Assembly: GCA_963745025.1 (NCBI GenBank)
Contig: CAVUWD010000002.1
Location: forward strand, 1-64,000
Source: an uncultured delta proteobacterium
GTDB lineage: Bacteria > Desulfobacterota > Binatia > JACPRU01
Reading direction: 5' to 3'
Length of the DNA: 64,000 nucleotides
Shown: positions 49,955-60,945 of the stretch, one piece after another
Position numbering within the stretch: position 1 is the stretch's first letter
Layout: each line of letters opens with the position of its first letter
The notes under the pieces: model-generated
The model's database searches: none
What the model saw: only the letters and a program-made list of their open reading frames with translations
Told to the model about the DNA's origin: nothing
Made by a program: the position numbers and the translations under genes

Positions 49955-51267
49955 TGGGCTCCCTGGCGATCCGAGCGCGCGGCATCGGCAAGCAGTACCG
50001 CATCGGGGCGGCCGAGCCCTACCGGACGTTCCGCGAGGCTCTCGTCCTCGCCGCCCGCGCGTCGCTGCGCGCGCTACGCGGGGAGCGCGAGGAGCCGCCG
50101 ACCGTCTGGGCGCTGCGCGACGTCTCCTTCGACGTTCGCCCGGGGAGATCGTCGGCATCATCGGCCGCAACGGCGCGGGCAAGAGCACGCTGCTCAAGAT
50201 TCTGTCGCGCATCACCGCGCCGACCACCGGACGAGATCGAGCTCCGCGGCCGCGTCGGCGCTCTGCTCGAGGTCGGCACCGGTTTCCATCCCGAGCTGAC
50301 CGGACGCGAGAACATCTACCTGAACGGCGCGATCCTCGGCATGAAGCGCGCCGAGATCCGGCGCAAGTTCGACGACATCGTCGCGTTCTCGGAGATCGAG
50401 AAGTTCCTCGACACCCCGGTCAAGCACTACTCGAGCGGCATGTACATGCGGCTGGCGTTCGCGGTGGCGGCGCACCTCGAACCGGAGATCCTGATCGTCG
50501 ACGAGGTGCTGGCGGTGGGCGACGCGAGCTTCCAGAAGAAGTGCTTGAACAAGATGGAGGACGTCAGTCGCGAAGGGCGGACGGTGCTGTTCGTCTCCCA
50601 CAATATGCCCGCCGTGACTCGTCTTTGTCCGCGGACCATTCTTTTGGACAATGGCCGAGTGAAGAAGGACGGTCCTTCGCACGAGATCGTGAGCGCCTAC
50701 CTCACTTCGGGCTTGGGCACGACGGCTTGCCGTGAGTGGCGAGACGCATCCGGAGCCCCCGGAGACGAGTTCGTGCGAATGCTGGCGGTGTCCGTTCGGG
50801 ACGAGCAGGGCGCCGTAGTCGATTCCGTATCGATAACGACCCCGGTGGCGCTCGAGATCGAATATCAAGTGCTCGAAGGCGGACGGCGGTTGGTGCCGAA
50901 CTTTCACGTTCTGAATCAGGAAGGCGCCTACGTCTTCGTCACGAGCGAGGTCGACTCGCCGTGGTATCGACGCGAGCGTCCCCCCGGGCGATACGTGAGC
51001 CGAGCGTGGATTCCCGGCAACTTTCTCGCCGAGGGAACCTTCGTCGTAGGCGCAGCCATCAGCACCATGGATCCCGTTCGTGTCCACGCCTGGGAGCGCG
51101 ACGCGGTGGCGTTTCAGGTGGTCGACGACTTCGGCGGAAACACCGCACGCGGGGAATACGGCGGCCCGATACCCGGCCCGGTTCGTCCACTTCTCAAATG
51201 GGAAACGATCTTCGAGCCGGCGGCGTCTTCCCTCCGTAACGCAGCCGGTGTCCGGGGCACCCGATGA
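49954..51267 (+). CDS. wzt: Polysaccharide ABC transporter ATPase with C-terminal carbohydrate-binding domain (compensating frameshifts 50140-50230)
   Basis: [49 protein letters not shown], Wzt_C-like tail. Confidence 0.93.
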   Translation: MGSLAIRARGIGKQYRIGAAEPYRTFREALVLAARASLRALRGEREEPPTVWALRDVSFDVRPGRSSASSAATARARARCSRFCRASPRRPPDEIELRGRVGALLEVGTGFHPELTGRENIYLNGAILGMKRAEIRRKFDDIVAFSEIEKFLDTPVKHYSSGMYMRLAFAVAAHLEPEILIVDEVLAVGDASFQKKCLNKMEDVSREGRTVLFVSHNMPAVTRLCPRTILLDNGRVKKDGPSHEIVSAYLTSGLGTTACREWRDASGAPGDEFVRMLAVSVRDEQGAVVDSVSITTPVALEIEYQVLEGGRRLVPNFHVLNQEGAYVFVTSEVDSPWYRRERPPGRYVSRAWIPGNFLAEGTFVVGAAISTMDPVRVHAWERDAVAFQVVDDFGGNTARGEYGGPIPGPVRPLLKWETIFEPAASSLRNAAGVRGTR

Positions 51268-52033
51268 AGGTCGTGATTCTCGCCGGCGGACTCGGCACGC
51301 GGCTCTCCGAGGAGACCGAGGTCAAGCCGAAGCCGATGGTCGAGATCGGCGGCCGGCCGATTCTCTGGCACATCATGAAGCACTACGCCCACCACGGCTT
51401 CAAGGAGTTCGTCATCGCCCTTGGCTACAAGGGCGAGGTCATCAAGCGCTACTTCCTCGACTATGCGGCGATCTCCGGCAGCATGACCGTCCATCTCGCG
51501 ACCGGGCGCGTCGAGCAACACGAATCACCGCCGGAGGATTGGACGGTCCAGCTCTTCGACACGGGACTGCACACCCTCACCGGCGGTCGGGTGAAGCGGC
51601 TGCAGCACGCGCTCGGCCGCGAGACGTTCATGGTCACCTACGGCGACGGCGTCTGCAACGTCGATCTCGGCGCCTTGCTGCGCTTCCACCAGTCGCACGG
51701 CAAGCTCGCGACGGTCACCGCGGTGCGGCCGCCGGCGCGCTTCGGCGGCCTCGTGTTCGATGGCGACAGCGTGGCGAGTTCACGGAGAAGCCGCAGATCG
51801 GCGAAGGCTGGATCAACGGGGGCTTCCTCGTCTTCGAGCCGGGGATTCTCGACCACCTGGCGGAGGACGGCTCGAGCCTGGAGGGGGATCTCCTGGAGCG
51901 GCTCGCGAGCGACGGGCAGCTCGCGGCGTATCGCCACGACGGCTTCTGGCAGTGCATGGACACGCTGCGCGACGTGAGGCTCCTCGAGTCGCTGTGGCAG
52001 GGGGGCTCTCCACCCTGGAAGGTCTGGCGGTGA
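51264..52033 (+). CDS. rfbF: Glucose-1-phosphate cytidylyltransferase (frameshift near 51770)
   Basis: [51 protein letters not shown]. Confidence 0.95.
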
Positions 52034-53013
52034 CGGCGAGCGGATTCTGGCGCGACCGGCCGACGCTGGTCACCGGCGCCACCGGGCTCGTCGGCGGCGC
52101 TCTCGTTCCGCGGCTGGTGGACTCCGGCGCCGACGTGACTTGCCTGGTACGCGATTGGGTGCCGCAATCCGAGCTCGTCCGCTCGGCCATGATCGACCGC
52201 GTCAAGACCGCTCGCGGCGACGTGTGCGACCAGGCGCTGCTCGAGCGCGTGCTCGGCGAGTACGAGATCGACACGGTCATCCATCTCGCCGCGCAGACCA
52301 TCGTCGGCATCGCCAACCGCAATCCCGTCTCGACCTTCGAGACCAACATCGCCGGCACCTGGGCGCTGCTCGAGGCCTGCCGCCGGAGCCCCAGCGTCAA
52401 GCAGATCGTGCTCGCCTCGTCCGACAAGGCCTACGGCGAGCAGGAGGAGCTTCCCTACACGGAGGAGACGCCGCTGCTCGCGCGTCATCCCTACGACGTG
52501 AGCAAGTCGTGCGCCGACCTGATCGCGCGAGCCTACGCCGACACCTTCGGTCTGCCGGTCGTCATCACCCGCTGCGGCAACTTCTACGGCGGCGGCGATC
52601 TCAACTGGAATCGCATCGTGCCCGGCACGATCCGCTCCGTGCTGCGCGGCGAACGGCCGGTGATCCGCTCCGACGGAACCTTCGTCCGCGACTACTTCTA
52701 CGTCGAGGACGGCGCCGCCGCCTACATGCTTCTCGCCGAACGCCTGGCGGAGAATCCCGAGCTGCGCGGCCAGGCGTTCAACTTCTCCAACGAGACCCAG
52801 GTCACTGCCGCGGACCTGGTCAAACGGATCCTCGAGCTGATGGGAAGTCGGCTCGAGCCGGAGATCCGCAACGAAGCGACCCACGAGATCCGCCAGCAGT
52901 ACCTGAGCGCCGCGCAGGCTCGGAACGAGCTCGGCTGGAAGCCGCTCTTCACCCTCGACGAAGGTCTCGGGCGAACCATCGCATGGTACCGGAAGCTGCT
53001 GGCGACCCCGTGA
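52030..53013 (+). CDS. rfbG: CDP-glucose 4,6-dehydratase-like SDR
   Basis: [42 protein letters not shown]; follows rfbF. Confidence 0.82.
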   Translation: MTASGFWRDRPTLVTGATGLVGGALVPRLVDSGADVTCLVRDWVPQSELVRSAMIDRVKTARGDVCDQALLERVLGEYEIDTVIHLAAQTIVGIANRNPVSTFETNIAGTWALLEACRRSPSVKQIVLASSDKAYGEQEELPYTEETPLLARHPYDVSKSCADLIARAYADTFGLPVVITRCGNFYGGGDLNWNRIVPGTIRSVLRGERPVIRSDGTFVRDYFYVEDGAAAYMLLAERLAENPELRGQAFNFSNETQVTAADLVKRILELMGSRLEPEIRNEATHEIRQQYLSAAQARNELGWKPLFTLDEGLGRTIAWYRKLLATP

Positions 53014-54248
53014 CGGGCAGCGCATTCCGCTGTCGCTCCTGCGGCTCGGCCGACATCGTGCCCGTGCTCTCGCTCGGGCGGACGCCCCTCGCCAACGCGC
53101 TCCTGACGGAGGGCCAACTCGAAGGGGAAGAGGATACTTATCCGCTCGACCTCGTGTTCTGCCGAAGCTGCACGCTCGTGCAGATCACCGAGACGGTGCC
53201 GCCGGAGCGGCTGTTTCGCGAGTACCTCTATTTCTCGTCGTTCTCGGACACCATGCTCGGCCACGCGCAAGCTCTCGTCGGGCGGATCGTGGGGGAGCGC
53301 CGCTTGGGTCGCGATCACCTGGTCATCGAGGTCGCAAGCAACGACGGCTATCTCCTGCAGTACTACAGGGATCGAGGAGTGCCGGTCCTCGGCATCGAGC
53401 CCGCGACCAACGTCGCGCAGGTTGCGCGGGAAGAGCGTGGCATCCCGACTCTGTGCGAGTTCTTCGGGGAGGAACTCGCTCGGCAGCTCCACGGGGAGGG
53501 CCGGGGCGCCGACGTCATCCACGCCAACAACGTGCTCGCCCACGTGGCCGACCTCAACGGTTTCGTCGCCGGCCTGCGCCTCCTCCTGAAGCCCGACGGC
53601 GTGGCGGTCATCGAGGTCCCGTACGTCAAGGACATGATCGACCGCTGCGAGTTCGACACGATCTACCACGAGCACCTCTGCTACTTCTCGCTGACCGCGC
53701 TCGAGCACCTGCTGCGCCGGCACGGCCTCGCGCTCCGGGCCGTCGAGCGTCTTCCGATCCACGGCGGTTCGCTGCGGCTCTTCGTCGTCCACGCCGACGA
53801 CGCTCAGCCCGATGACTCGGTGAGCGCGTTGCGACGAGAAGAGGAGGCCTGGGGTGTGGACCGGCCCGACTTCTACGAAGGCTTCGCTGCTCATGTGCGA
53901 GCCCTCGGGGCCTCGCTGCGAGCGCTCCTCGAGCAGCTCGCCGGCAACGGCTCGCGGATCGCCGGCTACGGTGCGGCCGCGAAGGCCACCGTGCTTCTGA
54001 ACTTCGCAGGCTTGAGCCGAGACCTGGTGAGCTTCGTCGTCGATCGAAGTCCCCACAAACAGGGACGCTTCATTCCCGGGCCTCGCGTACCAGTTTGTCC
54101 TCCGGAGCGGCTGCTCGAGACTCAGCCCGACTACGTCCTTCTCTTGGCGTGGAACCTCGCCGAGGAAGTTCTCGCGCAGCAGCTGGAGTACCGGCGGCGA
54201 GGCGGGCGGTTCATCATCCCCGTCCCCGAGGTCCGAATCGTTTCGTGA
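53010..54248 (+). CDS. NDP-hexose C-methyltransferase (TylCIII/NovU/TcaB9-like), copy 1
   Basis: CRSC..CRSC zinc site, [42 protein letters not shown]. Confidence 0.92.
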   Translation: MTGSAFRCRSCGSADIVPVLSLGRTPLANALLTEGQLEGEEDTYPLDLVFCRSCTLVQITETVPPERLFREYLYFSSFSDTMLGHAQALVGRIVGERRLGRDHLVIEVASNDGYLLQYYRDRGVPVLGIEPATNVAQVAREERGIPTLCEFFGEELARQLHGEGRGADVIHANNVLAHVADLNGFVAGLRLLLKPDGVAVIEVPYVKDMIDRCEFDTIYHEHLCYFSLTALEHLLRRHGLALRAVERLPIHGGSLRLFVVHADDAQPDDSVSALRREEEAWGVDRPDFYEGFAAHVRALGASLRALLEQLAGNGSRIAGYGAAAKATVLLNFAGLSRDLVSFVVDRSPHKQGRFIPGPRVPVCPPERLLETQPDYVLLLAWNLAEEVLAQQLEYRRRGGRFIIPVPEVRIVS

Positions 54249-54790
54249 TCTTCACGGAGACCGAGCTCCCCGGAGCGTACGTCGTCGAGGCCGACCGCTT
54301 CGAAGACGAGCGAGGCTACTTCGAGCGGACCTTCGTCCGCGAGGAGTTCGAGGCCCGCGGGCTGGACACCCGCATCGTGCAGACGGCGGTTTCCTACAAT
54401 CGTCATAAGGGGACGATTCGAGGCATGCACTACCAGGCCGATCCTCACGGGCAGGCGAAGCTCGTCCGCTGCCTGCGCGGCGCGGTCTACGACGTCATCA
54501 TCGACTTGCGGGCGGACTCGGCCACGCACCGCTCTTGGTGCGCCGTGGAGCTGGCCGCAGGGAGTCGCCGGGCGCTCTATGTCCCAAACGGGTTCGCCCA
54601 CGGCTTTCAAACTCTCGAAGACGATACGGAGGTCACGTACCAGATCTCCACCGTGTACAACCCAGCGTCGGAACGCGGCTTCACTTGGAACGACCCAGCG
54701 TTCGGCATCGAATGGCCGTTGCCCGCCACACATCTCTCGGATCGAGACCGCTCGTTTCCCCCTGCGCCGACAAGTAAGGCCGGCCGGTGA
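54245..54790 (+). CDS. rfbC: NDP-4-keto-6-deoxyhexose 3,5-epimerase
   Basis: DERGYF, GTIRGMHYQ, KLVRC..GAVYDV, VPNGFAHGFQTL, WNDP..GIEWP. Confidence 0.93.
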   Translation: MIFTETELPGAYVVEADRFEDERGYFERTFVREEFEARGLDTRIVQTAVSYNRHKGTIRGMHYQADPHGQAKLVRCLRGAVYDVIIDLRADSATHRSWCAVELAAGSRRALYVPNGFAHGFQTLEDDTEVTYQISTVYNPASERGFTWNDPAFGIEWPLPATHLSDRDRSFPPAPTSKAGR

Positions 54791-54820
54791 GGGTTCTCCT
54801 CGTCACGGCGGCTCGCTCGC

Positions 54821-55753
54821 ATGACGGCAGCCGCTGAGCGCGTCCTGGTCACGGGAGCTTCCGGCTTTGTCGGCCGGCAGGCCGTAGCTGCATTGCGTTC
54901 GTCCGGATTCGAGGTCGTTGCCGTCTCCTCGCACGAACGAGTCGGCGCGCCCGATGTCGTCTGGAGGCAATGCGACTTGCTCGACGCCGTGCAAACCGAG
55001 CGCCTCCTCGCCGAGGTTCACCCGACTCGTCTTCTGCATCTCGCCTGGTACACGGAGGCCGGCAAGTATTGGGAATCACCCGAGAACCCACGGTGGCTCG
55101 ACGCCACCCGCACGATCGCGCGTGCCTTCGGCTCGATCGGCGGTCAGCGCTTCGTCGGCGCCGGTTCCTGTGCCGAGTACGACTGGACCGTTGGCGACGG
55201 CATCTGCCGCGAGACATCGACGCCACTGCGGCCCTGTTCATTGTACGGGCGCTCCAAGGATGCGGCTCGCGCTGCCGTCGAGTCGGAGGCGCGCGAGTTC
55301 GGGTTCTCTGCGGTGTGGGGACGAATTTTCCATCTCTACGGGCCATTCGAGCATCCGTCGCGGCTCATCTCCTCGATGATCGTTGCACTGCTCAGCGGCG
55401 GTGATGCGCGCACGTCGCACGGCGAGCAGGTGCGTGACTTCATGCACGTCGCGGACGTGGGTGCGGCCTTCGCGTCCCTCCTCGACAGCTCTGTCGAGGG
55501 GGCCGTCAACCTCGGCACAGGCCGCTCCCTGCCGATCAGGGAGGTCGCGCTCGCTATCGCTGACCGTCTCGGCGCGCGAGATCGTCTGCGGCCCGGCGCG
55601 ATCCCGGCAAGAGCCGACGACCCGCCGCGGCTGGTGCCCGACGTTCGACGCCTCCAGGACGAGGTGGGGTTCTCGCCGCGCTACGTGCTCGAGGATGGGC
55701 TCGAGCAGACCATCGCCTGGTGGCGCGAGGCGGTATCCGTGCGCGCTCGATGA
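54821..55753 (+). CDS. NAD-dependent NDP-sugar 4-ketoreductase/epimerase
   Basis: VLVTGASGFVG, LHLAW, GAGSCAEY, LYGRSK, RDFMHVAD. Confidence 0.88.
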   Translation: MTAAAERVLVTGASGFVGRQAVAALRSSGFEVVAVSSHERVGAPDVVWRQCDLLDAVQTERLLAEVHPTRLLHLAWYTEAGKYWESPENPRWLDATRTIARAFGSIGGQRFVGAGSCAEYDWTVGDGICRETSTPLRPCSLYGRSKDAARAAVESEAREFGFSAVWGRIFHLYGPFEHPSRLISSMIVALLSGGDARTSHGEQVRDFMHVADVGAAFASLLDSSVEGAVNLGTGRSLPIREVALAIADRLGARDRLRPGAIPARADDPPRLVPDVRRLQDEVGFSPRYVLEDGLEQTIAWWREAVSVRAR

Positions 55754-56919
55754 CGATGAAAGTCTCCTGCCCTGTCTGCGGCTCGGGCCGTCTCGAAGTA
55801 TTCCTCGAGAGGCGCGGCGTGCCCGTGCACCAGAACCTGCTGGTCTCCACGCAGGCCGAGGCCGTCGCCGTCGCGCGCGGAGATCTTGCCATGACCGTCT
55901 GTGCGGAGTGCGAATTCGTCTTCAACGCCGCATTCGACTCCTCGCTGCTGACCTACGGGCACAACTACGACAACACACAGACGCACTCCCCGCACTTTGC
56001 GACCTATGTCGACGAGCTCGCAATACTCGTCAACGGAAATGACCTACGAGACCGCCGTCTAGTCGAGGTGGGGTGCGGCAAAGGTTATTTTCTCAGGAAG
56101 CTGGTTTCGCTCGACGCTGCCAACACAGGTGTCGGTTTCGATCCGAGTTACAGCGGTCTTGAATCCGATCTCGACGACCGCATCCGATTCGAACGGCGAT
56201 TCTATGGCCCTGACTGTGCGGTGCCCGCCGATGCGGTGGTCTGCCGCCACGTCATCGAACACGTCGAGGATCCCGTCGCGCTGCTGCAATCGGTGCGTGG
56301 CGCGCTCGACCAATCACCCGCCGCCCTCGTCTTCTTTGAAACCCCCTGCGTCGAATGGATCCTCCAAGGCGGTGTCGTCTGGGATTTCTTCTACGAACAT
56401 TGTTCGCTCTTTTCAGAGCACTCCCTTGCGTCGGCATTCGCGGCAGCGGGCTTTTCGGTACGCCGGACACGGCGGTTGTTCGGCGACCAGTACCTCTGGC
56501 TCGAGGCCGAGCCTGTCGCAGATTGGAGGATGCGTCGCTGTCGTGGGGGTGTTCTCGAACTCGCCCGGCGTTTCGCATCGACTGAGGCCTCGATCAAGCA
56601 CGCCATCGTGGCGAAGCTCTCTGATCTGGGGCGGAACAGCGGCGGCATTGCGCTTTGGGGCGCGGGCGCAAAGGGTTCCACGCTCGCCAACCTCGCCGAT
56701 CCCGAACGCCACATCTTCGATTGCGTCGTCGACATCAACCCGAGCAAGCACGGGTGCTTCGTCCCGGGCACGGGCCATCCGATCGTCGATTTTCGAGAGC
56801 TGCCGCGGCGCGGCGTCCGCCACGCCGTCCTCACCAACCCTAACTACCGCAGCGAGATCAATGAGCTGTTGGCGCAAGCCGAGGTCAATGTCACGCTTCT
56901 CGAGCTGGAGACGAGATGA
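55750..56919 (+). CDS. NDP-hexose C-methyltransferase-like SAM enzyme, copy 2
   Basis: CPVC..CAEC, VEVGCGKG, RHVIEHV, WDFFYEH, LWGAGAKG, VVDINP. Confidence 0.85.
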   Translation: MTMKVSCPVCGSGRLEVFLERRGVPVHQNLLVSTQAEAVAVARGDLAMTVCAECEFVFNAAFDSSLLTYGHNYDNTQTHSPHFATYVDELAILVNGNDLRDRRLVEVGCGKGYFLRKLVSLDAANTGVGFDPSYSGLESDLDDRIRFERRFYGPDCAVPADAVVCRHVIEHVEDPVALLQSVRGALDQSPAALVFFETPCVEWILQGGVVWDFFYEHCSLFSEHSLASAFAAAGFSVRRTRRLFGDQYLWLEAEPVADWRMRRCRGGVLELARRFASTEASIKHAIVAKLSDLGRNSGGIALWGAGAKGSTLANLADPERHIFDCVVDINPSKHGCFVPGTGHPIVDFRELPRRGVRHAVLTNPNYRSEINELLAQAEVNVTLLELETR

Positions 56920-57689
56920 AGCTCAGCGTAGACACCGATGCTCGGACCCTTGTCGAAGAGCGCGACGGCCGCACGCGAACCCTCGACCTTTATACGCCCG
57001 AGGCGTTCGAATTGCTGTCCTTACAGTGGCTCCGTGTGGGCTGGGCGGAGAAGTATTCGCACACCTTCACCTGGCTCGGCCGGCCCATAATCCAACTGCC
57101 AGAGGACATAGTCCGGACGCAGGAGGTGATCTATAGGGTCAAGCCGGACGTCATCATCGAGACAGGTGTGGCGCACGGAGGCTCACTGGTGTTCTATGCA
57201 AGCCTCTGCAAGATCCTTGGCAAGGGGCGTGTCATCGGAGTCGACATCGATATTCGTTTCCACAACCGCGAGGCGATCGAGGCCCATGAACTAGCGCCGT
57301 ATATCACGCTCGTCCGAGGCAGCTCGACGGCACCGGATATCGTGAAACGTGTTCACGACCTCGTCACGCCCGGCGAGAGAGCGTTCGTGGTCCTTGATTC
57401 CAACCACGCGAAAAACCATGTCCAAGACGAACTCGCGGCCTACCACGATCTCGTTGCCCCGGGGTCTTACATCGTGGCGGCGGATGGCATCATGAAGGAC
57501 CTTCACGACGTGCGGCGCGGCAAGCCAGAGTGGACGTGGAATCACCCTATGGCGGCCGCTGCCGATTTTGCCGCCGCCCACCCCGAATTCGTCCTCGAGC
57601 AGCCGCCGTGGTTGTTCTCGGAAAGCGGGCTAAAGATGAACGTCACGCACTGGCCTGGAGCCTGGTTGCGTCGCACGGAGAAGCGATGA
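56916..57689 (+). CDS. CmcI/cephalosporin hydroxylase family (sugar O-methyltransferase-like)
   Basis: FTWLGRPIIQLPED, KPDVIIETGVAHGGSL, LDSNH. Confidence 0.9.
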   Translation: MKLSVDTDARTLVEERDGRTRTLDLYTPEAFELLSLQWLRVGWAEKYSHTFTWLGRPIIQLPEDIVRTQEVIYRVKPDVIIETGVAHGGSLVFYASLCKILGKGRVIGVDIDIRFHNREAIEAHELAPYITLVRGSSTAPDIVKRVHDLVTPGERAFVVLDSNHAKNHVQDELAAYHDLVAPGSYIVAADGIMKDLHDVRRGKPEWTWNHPMAAAADFAAAHPEFVLEQPPWLFSESGLKMNVTHWPGAWLRRTEKR

Positions 57690-57846
57690 TGACTGCAAGC
57701 CATTAGATGTCGTTTTCGAAGCTCCTATTAATATGAACGGCGATTCTGATTTTTTCGTATCCGGCGATCTCCATTTCGCCACGCACAGTCATGAAGTCTT
57801 GGCCGACACGATCGCGACCTGGGTCGAGAAGCATCGCGTGTTGTAG
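57690..57846 (+). pseudogene. Probable C-terminal remnant of an SGNH hydrolase/AlgJ-like acetyltransferase
   Basis: FFVSGDLHFATHSHEVLADTIATW resembles SGNH block V; no plausible full gene; AT-rich. Confidence 0.4.
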
Positions 57847-57874
57847 GAGCGCGCCCCGATACCAGCTGGAAGAC

Positions 57875-58840
57875 ATGATCGAAAACCCTGACCGCCTTAA
57901 CTCCCCTCGGCCCCTCGTCAGCGTGGGGATGCCGGTTCGAAACGGCGCTCGCACGCTCGAGCGCGCCGTTCGCTCGATCACCGGACAATCGTACGGGAAC
58001 CTCGAAATCGTGGTCTCTGACAACGCCTCGAGCGACGAGACGCCCGAAATTTTGCGCCGGCTCGCCGTAGAGGATCATCGGATCCGCGTCGTTCGGCATG
58101 AGACGGCGACGACGGCGCTGGAGAACTTCCGTGCAGCCTTCGAGGCAACTACCGGGGAGTTCTTTCTATGGGCTGCACATGACGATCTGCGCTCGACGAA
58201 CTACGTGGAGGTTCTGCTTAACGGGCTTCTGGATTCGCAGAGCGCCTCCATCGCGTTCTCCGATGTGATTGTCTTTGACGAATTGGAAAGCGATCCCCGA
58301 ATGTCGGGCGGACAGTGCGCGTTGGCCCACGATTTCGCGTTTCGAGACCTTCCGCTTGCGGAGCGCCTAAAGAAACAGGCGTGCTGCGCCCCGTATCACA
58401 TCTACGGACTCATTCGAGCTCGGTATCTACGGCAGTATCGCTGGTACGATTGCGATCATGCCGCAGACTGGGCGCTGATAGCGTATCTGGCGTGCCGCGG
58501 CGATTTCATCGTCGTTCCGGGTGCGACGTTCTACTACCACTACGTCGGCCGGAAGACGGTTCGGGCGATGGCGCTGGCGAACATGCTTCGCAAAGAGCGA
58601 CCGTTCCGGAGCGAGAGGATCGCATGGATCTGCGCGAGCGCCGTCCGCGATGCGGAGCGAGTGTCCGGTCGTTCGATCAACCGCTTTTCAATGTTCGCTC
58701 GCATCTACGTGTGGCAACATCGCGGCTGGAAGAACCTGCTGTATACTCGTGCCCCTCCATTGCTGCGAAGGGGATGGGACCGGTGGAGGGTGATCCGGTC
58801 AAGTTTCTCCGCGCCGGACGACGAGCTTCGAGCCGACTGA
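57875..58840 (+). CDS. Glycosyltransferase family 2
   Basis: LVSVGMPVRNG, SDNASSDET, FLWAAHDD, IYGLIR. Confidence 0.9.
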   Translation: MIENPDRLNSPRPLVSVGMPVRNGARTLERAVRSITGQSYGNLEIVVSDNASSDETPEILRRLAVEDHRIRVVRHETATTALENFRAAFEATTGEFFLWAAHDDLRSTNYVEVLLNGLLDSQSASIAFSDVIVFDELESDPRMSGGQCALAHDFAFRDLPLAERLKKQACCAPYHIYGLIRARYLRQYRWYDCDHAADWALIAYLACRGDFIVVPGATFYYHYVGRKTVRAMALANMLRKERPFRSERIAWICASAVRDAERVSGRSINRFSMFARIYVWQHRGWKNLLYTRAPPLLRRGWDRWRVIRSSFSAPDDELRAD

Positions 58841-58846
58841 AGCACT

Positions 58847-59212
58847 TTGGAGCAAGCGGTGAACGTAAATGGCTTCGGGGTCGAGTATTTGCGCTTTACG
58901 GCCCCCGAGGGCGAGCCAGTGGTAACACCCGGTTCAGCTCGAGATACGCTAGCTTGGATCCTTGCCCGGAAGGAACGCGAGCTTGTGGACTTTCGTTGCC
59001 CCGAACAACGCGGGTGGGATGAGCTCTATCGGGAGCGCGAACCGTCGCGCCCAACAACGAGTCAAGAGCGTCTCGAACGCGTCAAGGGCTGGGTCGTCTG
59101 GATGCTGCCTCCGGCCGTACTGGATGCCTACCGCTTGTTGGGCGGCCATCGCCGGAGCTCGGTCGTCGCTCGGGACATCGGGGGAGATCGACGCGGGGCT
59201 GAACGCGTGTGA
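58847..59212 (+). CDS. Hypothetical protein, possibly a methyltransferase C-terminal remnant
   Basis: Co-oriented ORF filling the gap, GTGA overlap with next gene; no clear motif. Confidence 0.35.
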   Translation: MEQAVNVNGFGVEYLRFTAPEGEPVVTPGSARDTLAWILARKERELVDFRCPEQRGWDELYREREPSRPTTSQERLERVKGWVVWMLPPAVLDAYRLLGGHRRSSVVARDIGGDRRGAERV

Positions 59213-59974
59213 CCCACGAAGCGAGTAAGACCCGCCGGATTTGGGACGAACGGGTGCTAGGTCTCCTGGCGGGTGAGGGGATCGACATCGGCTGCGGAGA
59301 TGATCCGAGTCCTTCCGGGCGTGGATCGATTCGACCGGTCGGACGGCGACGCGAACAACATCTCCGCTGTCGTGAGCAAGCGTTACGACTTCGTCTTCGC
59401 GGCGCACTGTCTCGAGCATATGGTCGACGCCCGCGCAGCGTTGGCCGAGTGGTTTTCGCTGGTGAGGCCGGGGGGACACTTGATCGTCCTCGTGCCCGAC
59501 GAGGATCTTTACGAGCAGGGGATCTTTCCGAGCCTTTTCAACGACGACCACAAGTGGACCTTCACGATCCACAAGAATTGCTCTTGGTCCCCTGTTTCCC
59601 AGAACCTGCTGGACCTCGCGCGCTCGCTGCCAGGAGAGATCGTCAATCTCGAGCTGCAAGACCGCGGCTACGATCGTCGTCTCGTCCGGCACACGCCCGG
59701 CCGCTGGGCGCTGCGTCTGTTCACGCTCTATCGGTGGCTGTCGAGGCGGATCGAATCTGCCACGGCCAGGCGGAGGCTCGGTATTCTCTTCAATGCCTTG
59801 GGCATGCCGATCGACCAGACGACGTTTCCCGACGATCGGATGGCACAGATCCAGTTGATCGTGCGGAAGCCCGAGCGAGCGAACGGCGTGGATCAGCCCG
59901 CAGACCCGCAACGCGGATGGTCGAGCAGCGCGAGCGCGCCGGCCGCGGCCGCAGCCGGAGGGTCCTCGAAGTGA
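59209..59974 (+). CDS. SAM-dependent methyltransferase (frameshift near 59300)
   Basis: GIDIGCGDDP, then DGDAN, YDFVFAAHCLEH, VPDEDLYEQG..PS.FN.DHK. Confidence 0.85.
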
Positions 59975-60883
59975 GCGACGCGGTGGCGCTCGCCACGTGG
60001 TCCGGCGAAGCCCGGCGCGCTGGGCCCCCAGAACGAGAGCGTGGGCGTTCCCACGGCCTCGGCGAGCTTGAGCGGCCCAGAGTCGTTACCGACGAAGAGA
60101 TCCGCCCGAGCCAACAACGCCGCCGTCTCGACGAGCGAGAGTTCTCCCGCCCAAGAGCTGCCGTGGGGCGTGGAGGGAAGAGCTTCGAGCAGCGAGGCGG
60201 CGAGCAGCTTTTCCGCAGCGTTCCCGACGACTGCGATAGCGACGGGACGCTCCGCGGCGATCCGCGCCAGCGTCTCGGCGAAGAGCGGCAATGGCGCGCG
60301 TCGGGCATGGCTGGAAGACCCCGGATGAGCGACGACCAGCGGGCGCGAGGCGTCGACCGTAAGCGCATCGAGGCGTTCTGCGATGCGCGCGAGCGCCCCC
60401 GGCGGCAACTTCAACCGCGGCCGCGGAGGATCATCGGTCGGCAGTCCGACGGCTCCAGCATAGTAGGAGCTCCGATGAGGCAGAGCGACGGGTGCCTTGC
60501 GCAGCGCGTTCAGCTCGTCCGCTTGCAGGGACGGAAGATCGATTGCGCGCGCCTCGCAGGATCCCCATCGGCAGAGAGCACGCAGGAACCGCCAGCGGGG
60601 TGGGTACACTTCCAGGTTGATGATCCGTTCGCCGGCGCGCTTCGCCCGCGCGAATTCCCTCACCACCTCGGCGCACCAGATGAGCGCTCGCGACGAGCGC
60701 ACCAGACGCACCGCTCGCACGCGGGGATCGGCGGTGAGCAGCGGTGCCGGCGCGGGTGCGGTCACCACGGTCAATGGATGCCCCGATCGCTTTGCCAGTG
60801 CGTCGAACGTCAGGGTCGCGAGGACGAGATCCCCGATGTACGTGACGCTGAAAACTACGATCGGCCTGGCGATGCCCTTCTAT
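59893..60883 (-). CDS. Glycosyltransferase family 9 (heptosyltransferase-like); start codon apparently damaged
   Basis: YIGDLVLAT, VAHPGSS, LSLVETAALLARADLFVGNDSGP, SFWGPS; in-frame TAG just upstream where ATG is expected. Confidence 0.85.
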
Positions 60884-60945
60884 AGGTGGGAGCACAGATC
60901 GTTGTCCAGGTGGTTCGAAGGCGGGTAGAAGCCGCGCGGCGGAAC

